The notes beneath the pieces are model-generated. The model was not told the origin of the DNA, did no database searches, and was given only the letters and a program-made list of their open reading frames with translations. From Octopus vulgaris (Eukaryota): a stretch of 64,000 nt of DNA. The stretch covers positions 59,024,001 through 59,088,000 of the forward strand of contig OX597833.1 in NCBI GenBank assembly GCA_951406725.2, read 5' to 3'. A program made the translations under genes and the position numbers. How positions within the stretch are numbered: position 1 is the first letter of the stretch; the number at the start of each line of letters is the position of its first letter. This document shows positions 27,911 to 38,838 of this stretch, piece after piece.

Positions 27911-28455
27911 ATGTATGCGTGTATGTATATATATATGTAGTCTTAACGTGTGTCTGTTCGTAATTCTCATTAAGAACTCAATATTTATTTGTAGAGTATG
28001 TAGAAATTTTTAAATGATTCTTTTGAAGTGCAAATCGTTTCCATTTTCCAACTTCATTATAATGAACTAATTTCGTTGTATTCTATTAATAAATTGCGCA
28101 TGCGTGCCCGCACGCAACCAGGCTCACACAAACAACAGATAGACAGAAATACTACTGAACTATGATCATTTCCTATTGTCAGTAGTTTGCTGTGAAGTTT
28201 CTATCTCCAAAGACCAAACGACTCACTTTACTATTTCGCTCTAAAAACAGACTAGGTCCTCGAGCCTTGCGTACATCTCTTGTCAAAGAAGCGTTTTACA
28301 AGCACGAAATTTGAGGCCCAAGTGTAACTTATGAAATGCATTCAGTTATATATTCTACATAACATATTGAATGCACGAGTTCTGCAGGATATAAATCCAA
28401 ACTCTTTCATTTTAGAATTGTGTTCGTCCGATGAATATTGCTTTCATCATTAATA

Positions 28456-28720
28456 AATAAAATAAATAAATGCGCCCTTTTTAAAGCCTAGCCAGGCTCA
28501 TGGGCCCGGTTTCCCGGTTCCTATGGCGTATGTGTGTTCCCTAGCTGGACGGGACGCCAGTCCATCGCAGCGTTACTCATTTTTGCCAGCTGAGTGGATT
28601 GGAGCAACGTGAAATGAAGTGTTTTGCTCAAGAACACAACGCGTGGCCCGGTCCAGGAATCGAAACCATAATCTTACGATCATGGTGCTGACACCCTAAC
28701 CACTAAGCCACGCGCCTCCA
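28456..28720 (-). mobile_element. tRNA-derived SINE family D with V-SINE-like domain, 14-bp TSD
   Basis: Head tggaggcgcgtggcttagtggttagg...ggtttcgattcc, then gctgcgatggactggcgtcccgtccag. TSD tttcatcattaata at 28442 and 28722. Confidence 0.85.
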
Positions 28721-28900
28721 TTTTCATCATTAATACTAGCCCAGTAAAAAGACAACCCACCACACAAGCATTATATTGTGTAGAAGAGTTGACGGTGAAA
28801 GCTTAAAAGCTTTACTGATGGATTTGTGATTTTACTGTTCCAAACTTTAGCTATCATTCCTAGGGCATCTATGACAACAAGTATTGTTTTAGTCTTGAGG

Positions 28901-31900
28901 TTTCACATTTTGCCAATTTCTGTTTCAAGATTTTTATACTCGCTCAGTTTTTGGTAGGTCTTGAGAAATATATTTATGTCGATTGGGGCAGTCATATCAA
29001 TGAGGAGGCATAGTTTTCGTCTGAAGTCCTTCAATATAATGTCTGGCCTATTCCACATTTTGCCAATTTCTGTTTCAAGATTTTTATACTCGCTCAGTTT
29101 TTGGTAGGTCTTGAGAAATATATTTATGTCGATTGGGACTGTCATATCAATGAGGAGGCATAGTTTTCGTCTGCAGTCCTTCAATATAATGTCTGGCCTA
29201 TTCCACATTTTGCCAATTTCTGTTTCAAGATTTTTATACTCGCTCAGTTTTTGGTAGGTCTTGAGAAATATATTTATGTCGATTGGGACTGTCATATCAA
29301 TGAGGAGGCATAGTTTTCGTCTGAAGTCCTTCAATATAATGTCTGGCCTATTCCACATTTTGCCAATTTCTGTTTCAAGATTTTTATACTCGCTCAGTTT
29401 TTGGTAGGTCTTGAGAAATATATTTATGTCGATTGGGACTGTCATATCAATGAGGAGGCATAGTTTTCGTCTGAAGTCCTTCAATATAATGTCTGGCCTA
29501 TTCCACATTTTGCCAATTTCTGTTTCAAGATTTTTATACTTGCTCAGTTTTTGGTAGGTCTTGAGAAATATATTTATGTCGATTGGGACTGTCATATCAA
29601 TGAGGAGGCATAGTTTTCGTCTGCAGTCCTTCAATATAATGTCTGGCCTATTCCACATTTTGCCAATTTCTGTTTCAAGATTTTTATACTTGCTCAGTTT
29701 TTGGTAGGTCTTGAGAAATATATTTATGTCGATTGGGGCAGTCATATCAATGAGGAGGCATAGTTTTCGTCTGAAGTCCTTCAATATAATGTCTGGCCTA
29801 TTCCACATTTTGCCAATTTCTGTTTCAAGATTTTTATACTTGCTCAGTTTTTGGTAGGTCTTGAGAAATATATTTATGTCGATTGGGACTGTCATATCAA
29901 TGAGGAGGCATAGTTTTCGTCTGAAGTCCTTCAATATAATGTCTGGCCTATTCCACATTTTGCCAATTTCTGTTTCAAGATTTTTATACTCGCTCAGTTT
30001 TTGGTAGGTCTTGAGAAATATATTTATGTCGATTGGGACTGTCATATCAATGAGGAGGCATAGTTTTCGTCTGAAGTCCTTCAATATAATGTCTGGCCTA
30101 TTCCACATTTTGCCAATTTCTGTTTCAAGATTTTTATACTCGCTCAGTTTTTGGTAGGTCTTGAGAAATATATTTATGTCGATTGGGACTGTCATATCAA
30201 TGAGGAGGCATAGTTTTCGTCTGAAGTCCTTCAATATAATGTCTGGCCTATTCCACATTTTGCCAATTTCTGTTTCAAGATTTTTATACTTGCTCAGTTT
30301 TTGGTAGGTCTTGAGAAATATATTTATGTCGATTGGGGCAGTCATATCAATGAGGAGGCATGATTTTCGTCTGAAGTCCTTCAATATAATGTCTGGCCTA
30401 TTCCACATTTTGCCAATTTCTGTTTCAAGATTTTTATACTTGCTCAGTTTTTGGTAGGTCTTGAGAAATATATTTATGTCGATTGGGGCAGTCATATCAA
30501 TGAGGAGGCATGATTTTCGTCTGAAGTCCTTCAATATAATGTCTGGCCTATTCCACATTTTGCCAATTTCTGTTTCAAGATTTTTATACTTGCTCAGTTT
30601 TTGGTAGGTCTTGAGAAATATATTTATGTCGATTGGGGCAGTCATATCAATGAGGAGGCATGATTTTCGTCTGAAGTCCTTCAATATAATGTCTGGCCTA
30701 TTCCACATTTTGCCAATTTCTGTTTCAAGATTTTTATACTCGCTCAGTTTTTGGTAGGTCTTGAGAAATATATTTATGTCGATTGGGACTGTCATATCAA
30801 TGAGGAGGCATAGTTTTCGTCTGCAGTCCTTCAATATAATGTCTGGCCTATTCCACATTTTGCCAATTTCTGTTTCAAGATTTTTATACTCGCTCAGTTT
30901 TTGGTAGGTCTTGAGAAATATATTTATGTCGATTGGGACTGTCATATCAATGAGGAGGCATAGTTTTCGTCTGCAGTCCTTCAATATAATGTCTGGCCTA
31001 TTCCACATTTTGCCAATTTCTGTTTCAAGATTTTTATACTCGCTCAGTTTTTGGTAGGTCTTGAGAAATATATTTATGTCGATTGGGACTGTCATATCAA
31101 TGAGGAGGCATAGTTTTCGTCTGCAGTCCTTCAATATAATGTCTGGCCTATTCCACATTTTGCCAATTTCTGTTTCAAGATTTTTATACTTGCTCAGTTT
31201 TTGGTAGGTCTTGAGAAATATATTTATGTCGATTGGGACTGTCATATCAATGAGGAGGCATAGTTTTCGTCTGAAGTCCTTCAATATAATGTCTGGCCTA
31301 TTCCACATTTTGCCAATTTCTGTTTCAAGATTTTTATACTTGCTCAGTTTTTGGTAGGTCTTGAGAAATATATTTATGTCGATTGGGACTGTCATATCAA
31401 TGAGGAGGCATAGTTTTCGTCTGCAGTCCTTCAATATAATGTCTGGCCTATTCCACATTTTGCCAATTTCTGTTTCAAGATTTTTATACTTGCTCAGTTT
31501 TTGGTAGGTCTTGAGAAATATATTTATGTCGATTGGGACTGTCATATCAATGAGGAGGCATGATTTTCGTCTGAAGTCCTTCAATATAATGTCTGGCCTA
31601 TTCCACATTTTGCCAATTTCTGTTTCAAGATTTTTATACTTGCTCAGTTTTTGGTAGGTCTTGAGAAATATATTTATGTCGATTGGGACTGTCATATCAA
31701 TGAGGAGGCATAGTTTTCGTCTGCAGTCCTTCAATATAATGTCTGGCCTATTCCACATTTTGCCAATTTCTGTTTCAAGATTTTTATACCTGCTGAGTTT
31801 TTGGTAGGTCTTGAGAAATATATTTATGTCGATTGGGGCAGTCATATCAATGAGGAGGCATAGTTTTCGTCTGCAGTCCTTCAATATAATGTCTGGCCTA

Positions 31901-33850
31901 TTCCACATTTTGCCAATTTCTGTTTCAAGATTTTTATACTCGCTCAGTTTTTGGTAGGTCTTGAGAAATATATTTATGTCGATTGGGACTGTCATATCAA
32001 TGAGGAGGCATAGTTTTCGTCTGCAGTCCTTCAATATAATGTCTGGCCTATTCCACATTTTGCCAATTTCTGTTTCAAGATTTTTATACTCGCTCAGTTT
32101 TTGGTAGGTCTTGAGAAATATATTTATGTCGATTGGGACTGTCATATCAATGAGGAGGCATAGTTTTCGTCTGCAGTCCTTCAATATAATGTCTGGCCTA
32201 TTCCACATTTTGCCAATTTCTGTTTCAAGATTTTTATACTCGCTCAGTTTTTGGTAGGTCTTGAGAAATATATTTATGTCGATTGGGACTGTCATATCAA
32301 TGAGGAGGCATAGTTTTCGTCTGCAGTCCTTCAATATAATGTCTGGCCTATTCCACATTTTGCCAATTTCTGTTTCAAGATTTTTATACTCGCTCAGTTT
32401 TTGGTAGGTCTTGAGAAATATATTTATGTCGATTGGGACTGTCATATCAATGAGGAGGCATAGTTTTCGTCTGAAGTCCTTCAATATAATGTCTGGCCTA
32501 TTCCACATTTTGCCAATTTCTGTTTCAAGATTTTTATACTCGCTCAGTTTTTGGTAGGTCTTGAGAAATATATTTATGTCGATTGGGACTGTCATATCAA
32601 TGAGGAGGCATAGTTTTCGTCTGAAGTCCTTCAATATAATGTCTGGCCTATTCCACATTTTGCCAATTTCTGTTTCAAGATTTTTATACTTGCTCAGTTT
32701 TTGGTAGGTCTTGAGAAATATATTTATGTCGATTGGGACTGTCATATCAATGAGGAGGCATAGTTTTCGTCTGAAGTCCTTCAATATAATGTCTGGCCTA
32801 TTCCACATTTTGCCAATTTCTGTTTCAAGATTTTTATACTCGCTCAGTTTTTGGTAGGTCTTGAGAAATATATTTATGTCGATTGGGACTGTCATATCAA
32901 TGAGGAGGCATAGTTTTCGTCTGAAGTCCTTCAATATAATGTCTGGCCTATTCCACATTTTGCCAATTTCTGTTTCAAGATTTTTATACTCGCTCAGTTT
33001 TTGGTAGGTCTTGAGAAATATATTTATGTCGATTGGGACTGTCATATCAATGAGGAGGCATAGTTTTCGTCTGAAGTCCTTCAATATAATGTCTGGCCTA
33101 TTCCACATTTTGCCAATTTCTGTTTCAAGATTTTTATACTCGCTCAGTTTTTGGTAGGTCTTGAGAAATATATTTATGTCGATTGGGACTGTCATATCAA
33201 TGAGGAGGCATAGTTTTCGTCTGAAGTCCTTCAATATAATGTCTGGCCTATTCCACATTTTGCCAATTTCTGTTTCAAGATTTTTATACTTGCTCAGTTT
33301 TTGGTAGGTCTTGAGAAATATATTTATGTCGATTGGGGCAGTCATATCAATGAGGAGGCATAGTTTTCGTCTGAAGTCCTTCAATATAATGTCTGGCCTA
33401 TTCCACATTTTGCCAATTTCTGTTTCAAGATTTTTATACTCGCTCAGTTTTTGGTAGGTCTTGAGAAATATATTTATGTCGATTGGGACTGTCATATCAA
33501 TGAGGAGGCATAGTTTTCGTCTGAAGTCCTTCAATATAATGTCTGGCCTATTCCACATTTTGCCAATTTCTGTTTCAAGATTTTTATACTCGCTCAGTTT
33601 TTGGTAGGTCTTGAGAAATATATTTATGTCGATTGGGACTGTCATATCAATGAGGAGGCATAGTTTTCGTCTGCAGTCCTTCAATATAATGTCTGGCCTA
33701 TTCCACATTTTGCCAATTTCTGTTTCAAGATTTTTATACTCGCTCAGTTTTTGGTAGGTCTTGAGAAATATATTTATGTCGATTGGGGCAGTCATATCAA
33801 TGAGGAGGCATGATTTTCGTCTGAAGTCCTTCAATATAATGTCTGGCCTA
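28901..33850 (-). repeat. Tandem array of 33 x 150-bp near-identical units derived from a retrotransposon RLE endonuclease core
   Basis: Units start (ttccacattttgccaatttc) every 150 bp from 28901 to 33701 with no indels. Differences are almost confined to four variant sites (aa F/C, L/S, V/A, E/K, plus one R). Confidence 0.97.
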
Positions 33851-33921
33851 TTCGCATCTATCTTTCTGTCAGTTTGAACGGCGAAGTTCCAGAGGAGTGA
33901 GATGGTGTCATTTTCAAGCAC
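28903..33921 (-). CDS. 1672-codon open frame: 24-aa leader plus 33 x 50-aa RLE (PD-(D/E)xK-type) core repeats; expression unknown
   Basis: Translation VLENDTISLLWNFAVQTDRKIDAN-[RPDIILKDFRRKLCLLIDMTVPIDINIFLKTYQKLS(E/K)YKNLETEIGKMWN]x33. The track start is GTG; the first in-frame ATG is at 33795. It ends at a TGG>TGA change in the last unit. Protein family assignment is secure; status as a real gene is not. Confidence 0.3.
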   Translation of the reverse strand: MLENDTISLLWNFAVQTDRKIDANRPDIILKDFRRKSCLLIDMTAPIDINIFLKTYQKLSEYKNLETEIGKMWNRPDIILKDCRRKLCLLIDMTVPIDINIFLKTYQKLSEYKNLETEIGKMWNRPDIILKDFRRKLCLLIDMTVPIDINIFLKTYQKLSEYKNLETEIGKMWNRPDIILKDFRRKLCLLIDMTAPIDINIFLKTYQKLSKYKNLETEIGKMWNRPDIILKDFRRKLCLLIDMTVPIDINIFLKTYQKLSEYKNLETEIGKMWNRPDIILKDFRRKLCLLIDMTVPIDINIFLKTYQKLSEYKNLETEIGKMWNRPDIILKDFRRKLCLLIDMTVPIDINIFLKTYQKLSEYKNLETEIGKMWNRPDIILKDFRRKLCLLIDMTVPIDINIFLKTYQKLSKYKNLETEIGKMWNRPDIILKDFRRKLCLLIDMTVPIDINIFLKTYQKLSEYKNLETEIGKMWNRPDIILKDFRRKLCLLIDMTVPIDINIFLKTYQKLSEYKNLETEIGKMWNRPDIILKDCRRKLCLLIDMTVPIDINIFLKTYQKLSEYKNLETEIGKMWNRPDIILKDCRRKLCLLIDMTVPIDINIFLKTYQKLSEYKNLETEIGKMWNRPDIILKDCRRKLCLLIDMTVPIDINIFLKTYQKLSEYKNLETEIGKMWNRPDIILKDCRRKLCLLIDMTAPIDINIFLKTYQKLSRYKNLETEIGKMWNRPDIILKDCRRKLCLLIDMTVPIDINIFLKTYQKLSKYKNLETEIGKMWNRPDIILKDFRRKSCLLIDMTVPIDINIFLKTYQKLSKYKNLETEIGKMWNRPDIILKDCRRKLCLLIDMTVPIDINIFLKTYQKLSKYKNLETEIGKMWNRPDIILKDFRRKLCLLIDMTVPIDINIFLKTYQKLSKYKNLETEIGKMWNRPDIILKDCRRKLCLLIDMTVPIDINIFLKTYQKLSEYKNLETEIGKMWNRPDIILKDCRRKLCLLIDMTVPIDINIFLKTYQKLSEYKNLETEIGKMWNRPDIILKDCRRKLCLLIDMTVPIDINIFLKTYQKLSEYKNLETEIGKMWNRPDIILKDFRRKSCLLIDMTAPIDINIFLKTYQKLSKYKNLETEIGKMWNRPDIILKDFRRKSCLLIDMTAPIDINIFLKTYQKLSKYKNLETEIGKMWNRPDIILKDFRRKSCLLIDMTAPIDINIFLKTYQKLSKYKNLETEIGKMWNRPDIILKDFRRKLCLLIDMTVPIDINIFLKTYQKLSEYKNLETEIGKMWNRPDIILKDFRRKLCLLIDMTVPIDINIFLKTYQKLSEYKNLETEIGKMWNRPDIILKDFRRKLCLLIDMTVPIDINIFLKTYQKLSKYKNLETEIGKMWNRPDIILKDFRRKLCLLIDMTAPIDINIFLKTYQKLSKYKNLETEIGKMWNRPDIILKDCRRKLCLLIDMTVPIDINIFLKTYQKLSKYKNLETEIGKMWNRPDIILKDFRRKLCLLIDMTVPIDINIFLKTYQKLSEYKNLETEIGKMWNRPDIILKDFRRKLCLLIDMTVPIDINIFLKTYQKLSEYKNLETEIGKMWNRPDIILKDCRRKLCLLIDMTVPIDINIFLKTYQKLSEYKNLETEIGKMWNRPDIILKDFRRKLCLLIDMTAPIDINIFLKTYQKLSEYKNLETEIGKM

Positions 33922-33965
33922 TGAAGGTGGTTTTTGTTCCCACCAGTTTTTTTAGCATGGGGCTA

Positions 33966-34041
<76 letters not shown>

Positions 34042-34052
34042 CATTTTTATTA

Positions 34053-34147
<95 letters not shown>

Positions 34148-34148
34148 G

Positions 34149-34222
<74 letters not shown>

Positions 34223-34240
34223 TGTTGTTGTTGTAGTAGT
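33966..34240. repeat. Compound (ATT)n-(AGT)n-(GGT)n-(GTT)n microsatellite
   Basis: Direct reading of the sequence; abuts the 5' end of the R4/Dong-like fragment. Confidence 0.95.
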
Positions 34241-35038
34241 ATGAAAACTCACAGCTTATTTTGCTGGTTATGACGGAAAGTGTCAGCTGTCCACAGCCAG
34301 CAGACACTTTCCATTATACCCACTTGTTTACTGGTCATGCTTCAAGAACCCTGCGAATCATCATCATCCTCATCATCATTATTATTATGTACTGATTGGA
34401 ACAATACCAGTCCTAAGTCCACTGACGTATTTACTCTTTCTTGGTCTCATCTTCTGAATGAAGTGTGATACAGCTTTTTTTTTTAATTCCTAAGGATGCT
34501 ATATTTCTGAGATACATAATCATTCCCGTGATCCTTGCTGCTTTCTACATGAACACTGCAATAAAGAATCTCCATGATCTACTTTCTCCTGAAAATGAGC
34601 CCGAGAAGATCTAGAAACGTTAATAGACCTAGAAATGTCATTGTCTCGAACTAAACGTAAATGATTGGTAAGAAAATTTAAGGCATTTTCATTGAAAAAA
34701 GTCTGAACCGAAATACAGTTGTGTCTTCGTTATAACATACGTAGCGTGTGTATGAGTTTCTGTGCATCGATATCTGTTTACATATTCTACAGAGAGGAAT
34801 AGAGAAGTGGAAACCGAGTAAGATAGATGCAGAACGAACAAGCGAAAAACAGCGAGAGAAGGAGAGTGGGAGAGAGAAACCTAGCGATATGACATTAAAG
34901 TGACGTCACCACTTAAGACTTGATGTAAAATTTTCTAGAAATAGATAAAGATCTTTAAAGGTTGAAGGTTGCAGTTGATTCTGGTGTCGTATAAAATTAT
35001 ATATATATATAAATATATATATGTGGGTGTGTGAATGA

Positions 35039-35105
<67 letters not shown>

Positions 35106-35654
35106 GTATCATCTTACCGCCCACAATGGTGGTAGAAACCCGTCTAGCTTGGAGTTGGAAGTATTCTGAGGTCGAATGACAGCAGATGTCTCGAAATTTG
35201 TCATCGAAAACCTGCTTATAGATATTACATATGTAGATATCATATGTGCGTCTGTGTGTGTGTGAGGGGGGTGTATTATGTATGTATGTCAAATCCATAC
35301 ATACGTGTGTGTACTTCACATGTGCATATGTATGTGTATATATATATATATATACATACATATACATATACATATACATATATATACATATACATATATA
35401 TATATATATATATATACATACATATATATATGTACATACATACATACACACACGCAACCGTTTAATGAAATAAAAAGTGTAAAGAACTGGCTACAGGGAT
35501 GTAAAGCAGGTTACAAATGTTATTTTAAGATGAACTTACATTGCGATTTTAAAATAACGCGACGTCTTTCAACTTAACACGGTTTTATACTCTTAACGAG
35601 TTATTTAACCGAGTTTCATATTTTATCCCGTTTTCCTTCACATAAAAATCAGTA

Positions 35655-35817
35655 AATAGATGGAAACTGAAAAGAAACCTGTCATATGTGTGTGTGAGTG
35701 TGCGTGTGTGTGTGTGTGAGTGTATGTGTGTGTGTGTATGTGTGTGTGTGTGTGTGAGTGTATGTGTGTGTGAGTGTGTGTGTGTGAGTGTGTGAGTGTG
35801 TGTGTGTGTGCGCGCGC

Positions 35818-35850
<33 letters not shown>

Positions 35851-36065
35851 TGTGCGCGCGCGTGTGTGTGTGTGTCCGCTACCACTTGACGGCCGGTGTT
35901 TGTGTGTTTACGTCCTATAACTTAGCAGTTCGGCAAAAGAGACTGATAAGTGCAAAGTTTGAAAGGAAAATAAGAACTGGAGTCGATTAGTTCGACTAAA
36001 ATTCCTCAAGTCAGTGCCCCAGCATGGCCGCAGTCTAATGACTGAAGCGAGTACAAGATAAAAGA
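35655..36065 (+). mobile_element. SINE family B, diverged, 5' truncated
   Basis: ggaaactgaaaagaa...(TG)n...cttagcagttcggcaaaagagac...cccagcatggccgcagtc. Confidence 0.7.
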
Positions 36066-36529
36066 TAACTATAACATTTGATGAGAAAAGCGTAGAATTA
36101 TGGAACGAGACTCAAGCAATGCGTACAGTGAAAATAATTTTGTATAATGAAAATACAGCAAAAGAAAAGAAAAAGAAGGGTCCAATAGTTCTGGTTATCA
36201 CCCTTCTCCAGGAGAAATAAACAAAATAAGGGCAATAGACAGAAAAAAAAAATGATATCGATTTTAGGATGTCTGGTTACATTGCGGGTCTGGTGGACAA
36301 AGGGAGTTAGAGAGTGGGACAGTAGAACAGATAATAGAGACTTAATAGTGAGTAAATGGTGAGATAGTGAGAGCGAGAGAGATGGAGAAGGGAAGGAGGA
36401 AGGAGAGAGGATTGGGGTGCTCAGAATAACGTGTTTATGTGTATGGGTGTATGCATATGTATGTGTGTGTGTATGCCTATATATATGTATGTATATATAA
36501 ACATATATATGTATATATATATATGTATG

Positions 36530-36603
<74 letters not shown>

Positions 36604-37369
36604 TAAATACATACATAGATGCATACATACATATATACACAGTTGATTCAGCTCAACACCATATTCTCGATTATTGAAATTATTATGCGATTAACCGGAT
36701 TAACCAAATTCAATTAACCAAATTCTTCGACCAGCAAACAATAAATTACGAGATTTCCCGATATTGTCATTACTGAGGTATTGTAGCTAAGGTTTATGTA
36801 ATAAAACAAGCATAAATTAGTAAAGAACTGTCGATGTGTCGCTGCAGGAAATAACATTTGTTTGTGTAATATATTGGAAAATTAACGCAGATCGACTTGT
36901 TCACCACATGATATATTTAATCGATCTGCAACAAGTTATCTTAACAATAAACTAATAACGATTACTTACGTTTTATGGAGATACAACTATTTGTTAAAAT
37001 ATCTGTTTTCTTCTTTTTTTTTGCCTCGATTTCCTATACGGGAATCAACAATATATATGTGTAATTTGCACGAGTATGACATTTTAAATGTCACTGTAGG
37101 ATTTAGTTGATAACTTTTCTGATCTTTGGTTGTCTGCAGTTGCATATTCGCTCTAGTCAAACATTTCAGTTTTTCTTTTTCTAATTTGTTGTCTGCCTGT
37201 TGACAGAACGAGTCTAAGCACGTCTATTGCCTGTTTTTGAGACAAATCGTATGTTCCCCTTCATTATCAATGTTGCCATACATATCCGTTAATTTTCCCC
37301 CAGCAATCAAGAATGATGCAACCATCTCCTCAACTTTTGGGATGCTGTAGTACTCCAAATCAGCCCGAA

Positions 37370-37620
37370 TGTTGGTTATGTAAATCGTTATTTTTGTTGT
37401 TGTTGTTGTTGTTGTTGTTGATTAATCCCAGATAAACTCTGATTTAGATTTCCATGACCAAAAGCATTCCGGCCGTGACCATCTCGTCATTTATACAGTG
37501 AATTTAAAATTCCATTGTCCAGTACATTTCTCTTTATCTATCTGTTTGTTCTCTCTCTTCCTTTATGCATCTCTCTCTCCCCCTTTCTCTCTCTCTCTCC
37601 CTCTCTCTCTCTCTCTCATT
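37370..37620 (+). repeat. ~250-bp segment present in inverted orientation at 43070-43362
   Basis: gattaatcccagataaactctgatttagatttc...aaaagcattccggccgtgaccatctcgtcatt...tccagtacatttctctttatct is shared. Confidence 0.85.
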
Positions 37621-37859
37621 CGGGATGCTGTAGTCTTCAAATCATTTCTCATCAGTATGACTGGAGGAAGATCAGCACATTTTCTTCAGCAGGAGTACCT
37701 CGCCAGCTGTAAAACTAAACTGATATTTTTTTTTTAAAAAAACCTGATTATCGTGAAAGTCGTTTGATTGTTGCACGCTTTTGTGATTTTTGTGATAAGA
37801 TGAATAGCATCAAATGATGAGATTTTCCTGATGAGGTCATTTCCTTTTATTGTTGGTTG

Positions 37860-38130
37860 ACCATGAATGTAAGAGAAATGAGATTTCTGGTCAACATTTG
37901 ATTATTTCAAAGATTTGATAATACACTGGTCGCATATTAAATTGTCGATGTATTTGTTGGGGAAAAAAGAATGCCACTTTGATTTAATAGCTACAACTTT
38001 GAGTGAACAGAGCAATTGTCAACGAGCAAAATAACTGTTTCTGTTCTTCCGGGTCATCCTTTTGTCGAATTCTCTCCACCATGCATTAAATATCTCACCA
38101 ATAATCTGAGCGTCCATTCAATCGATCTAT
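37860..38130 (-). mobile_element. Decayed pogo/Tigger (DDE_1) transposase remnant
   Basis: Minus-strand fragments TVILLVDNCSVH, IKVAFFFP and CDQCIIKSLK resemble ILLxDNCSAH...FLPPNTTS.LQP.DQGII..LK. Confidence 0.7.
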
Positions 38131-38370
38131 TTTTAACATGGAATTGATGTTAAAAGGTTTATATGTTAAAAATGTCATATGTGCACGTGTATGCGTCTGG
38201 TGTCTCATACATACATACATACATACATGCATACATACATACATATTATATATATGTGTATATATATATATGTGTGTATGTATGAATGCATTTATGTATG
38301 TATATATATATATATTATATATATATATATATTATATATATATATTATATATATATATATATGTGTGTGT

Positions 38371-38655
38371 GTGGAGGCGCAATGGCCTAGTGGTTAGGGC
38401 AGTGGACTCGCGGTCGTGGGATCGCGGTTTCGATTCCCAGACCGGGCGTTGTGAGTGTTTATTGAGCGAAAACACCTAAAAGCTCCACGAGGCTCCGACA
38501 GGGGTGGTGATCCCTGCTGTACTCTTTCACCACTCTTTCTTCTGTTGGCCTGCTCGCTTAGCCAGCGGGGTGGCGTCATTCGAAGGCTAAAACAATGCGA
38601 ACGCATTGTGGCCAGCGATGTGTAACTACATCTGATGGACTGGTCGGTCACGTGA
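38371..38655 (+). mobile_element. SINE family C (tail Y)
   Basis: gtggaggcgcaatggcctagtggttagg...ggtttcgattcccagacc...gaaggctaaaacaatgcgaa. Confidence 0.85.
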
Positions 38656-38668
38656 TGGTGATGGTGAT

Positions 38669-38713
<45 letters not shown>

Positions 38714-38800
38714 AGAATTCACAAAAAAAAACAAAAGACGAAGACAGGTGGTGTAGGCAACAAACAGATGTATTAGTATAACGCTAGGGAAGTGAAAAAG

Positions 38801-38838
38801 TCTTTAACATTTCGAGCCTACGCTCTTCCACAGAAAGA
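38801..38838 (-). ncRNA. Degenerate minimal hammerhead motif
   Basis: TCTTT-CTGTGGA-A-GAGC gtag GCTC-GAAAT-GTT-AAAGA. Stems I and II pair; core carries mutations. Confidence 0.45.

Larger units (their letters stand above)
28848..33960 (-). mobile_element. Truncated R4/Dong-like (RLE-type) non-LTR retrotransposon fragment hosting the 150-bp array
   Basis: Unique flanks translate as KNWWEQKPPSVLENDTISLLWNFAVQTDRKIDANRPD (5') and KM*NLKTKTILVVIDALGMIAK (3'), the typical R4/Dong/Rex6 C-terminal RLE region. The 5' end abuts an (AAT)n tract. Confidence 0.88.

Noticed and set aside
28901-33850. CRISPR-like or spacer-carrying array
   Set aside because: Units are contiguous near-identical 150-mers with no unique spacers, and the context is eukaryotic with no cas genes.
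33940-33960. Programmed -1 frameshift at the A7 run into the array frame
   Set aside because: The RLE frame is +1 relative to the ATG at 33958, so a -1 slip would not reach it.
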